Under the pieces are notes generated by a model. The model searched no databases. It saw nothing but the letters and a program-made list of their open reading frames with translations, and was not told the DNA's origin. The translations under genes were made by a program, and so were the position numbers. This document shows positions 62,654-64,000 of a stretch of 64,000 nt of DNA, piece by piece; the first letter of the stretch is position 1, and every line of letters begins with the position of its first letter. Source of the stretch: Lama guanicoe (taxonomy: Eukaryota); contig MU053561.1 of NCBI GenBank assembly GCA_013239625.1, positions 4,571,214 to 4,635,213 of the forward strand, given 5' to 3'.

Positions 62654-62999
62654 GAAAATCTAGAAATTACTTACAAATATATTGGGGAATATGTTATGTG
62701 AATCTAAAACTGTAGTGTAAATAATCCATAAATACTGTGGCTTTTATGAGCTGGTTCTTTTAGAACCTAGACAGCATTGTAAAAATATGAATCTATGCAC
62801 AGTTTTAAAGGACTATGGTGATTCTTTTATCATTGTGGTAGGTTGTATTTTCTAAATTCTTAAAGAGCCTTTTAAAATTTGGACTATGCAGTAATCACAT
62901 AATAATAAATAATTAATATATATATATAAATAATTATTATATGCTATTTATCCAAACACTTTCAGTAAAGAAACAATATTTCATTTCTTTATGTGTTTT

Positions 63000-63080
63000 T
63001 AGAGGAGGTACTGGGGATTGAACCCAGGACCTTGTGCATGCTAGCATGTGCTCTACCACTTGAGCTATATCCTTCCCCCC
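63000..63080 (-). mobile_element. Vic-1-like SINE, short form
   Basis: Same tRNA-like head without the 3' extension. Confidence 0.8.
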
Positions 63081-64000
63081 ATTATTTATTTATGTATTTA
63101 TTTTTAGAAGAGGAAATGATATTTCAAAATAAAGATGTTTGGGATAAAACATTAGTACAGATACTAGAGCAAAAAACAAACAAACAAACTCCAGACTTTA
63201 AAGAAACTTTAGGCAAAAACTCAGACTTGAATTTGGGGGATTTTAGCTGATATAGTAGGCATCTTCTTGTGTGTGTTGTTTGGTTTTCCTTTGAAGTAAG
63301 GTTGAAATTCCTTTTTCTTCTCAGAGAGTTAGTAGTCAAGTGAGGCTGTCAAGGGGATCATGTGTATTCGCACACTTTGGAGCCAAACTGAGGGCTCCTG
63401 TGTATGTCAAAACTGTATGTGTCAAAACTCATCAAATAGTACACTTTAAATATGTGAGTTTATTGCATGTCACTTATACTTTTTTGTTCATGTTGCAATC
63501 TAGCAAATGTCTAGAAAAATAGAGTTAACAGGGGCAGGAGTTTTTTGGACCGGCGTAGTAATATTGCTTAAAGAAAGGGGCAGTGTGAATGTCCTTGACC
63601 TGTGTCTTTGTTCTTGGCAAAACCTTAGTCCAGTCATTTCCGAGGCCATCAGAGGAACTACTAGAACCAACAATTAGTAAATAAATTCAAGGAAAAAGTA
63701 ACTTTATCCAAATTTCAAGGAAGAATTATTTGGTGAGCCAGGTAAAACGAGAAGTTCATTTAAAGGAAAGAAAATCAAATTGGCATAGACTTCCCAAAAC
63801 AGAAAAACTGAATGCCAGAAAACAAAAAAGCAACACTTAAAATATACTCAAGGAAAGAAAACCAAAAATTATTTTTTATTCAGCCAAACTGTTCTTCGCA
63901 CATAGATTACAGATTAAGTTTTAAGCCAACAAGAACCCAGAGAATATTGATTATTTGAACCTTTCTCGAGGAAACTGCTCAAGAACTAACAGCAGGTAGC

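Overview
Mammalian genomic DNA, very probably a camelid: six copies of a tRNA-derived SINE match the Tylopoda Vic-1 family as I recall it. The + strand carries all 18 coding exons of DENND2C (4439-33724, 928/929 aa, DENN-domain Rab GEF). About 1 kb past its poly(A) signals lies the complete 7-exon BCAS2/SPF27 gene (36628-46689, 225 aa) with its CpG-island promoter. Every exon junction was checked by hand for GT-AG and phase. The rest is introns and intergenic DNA rich in L1, L2, MIR, MaLR/ERVL LTRs and DNA transposons, with one 86-nt N gap. Beyond the ordinary annotation: (1) a decayed multi-exon gene on the - strand at ~52.4-56.1 kb, whose phase-consistent exons translate to a divergent myosin-motor-like sequence (GKTKV*LK converter, IQ-like end, ankyrin-like start; MYO16/MYO3-like), a candidate unitary pseudogene; (2) a 5'-truncated PPIA retrocopy; (3) the 5' end of a young antisense L1 nested in an older L1 upstream of the DENND2C CDS; (4) an L1 insertion with a 5' inversion and possible 3' transduction in BCAS2 intron 5; (5) candidate muscle-type alternative promoter, uORFs, poison micro-exon and NAGNAG acceptor in DENND2C. 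Homology calls are by eye from remembered sequences, not from database searches.
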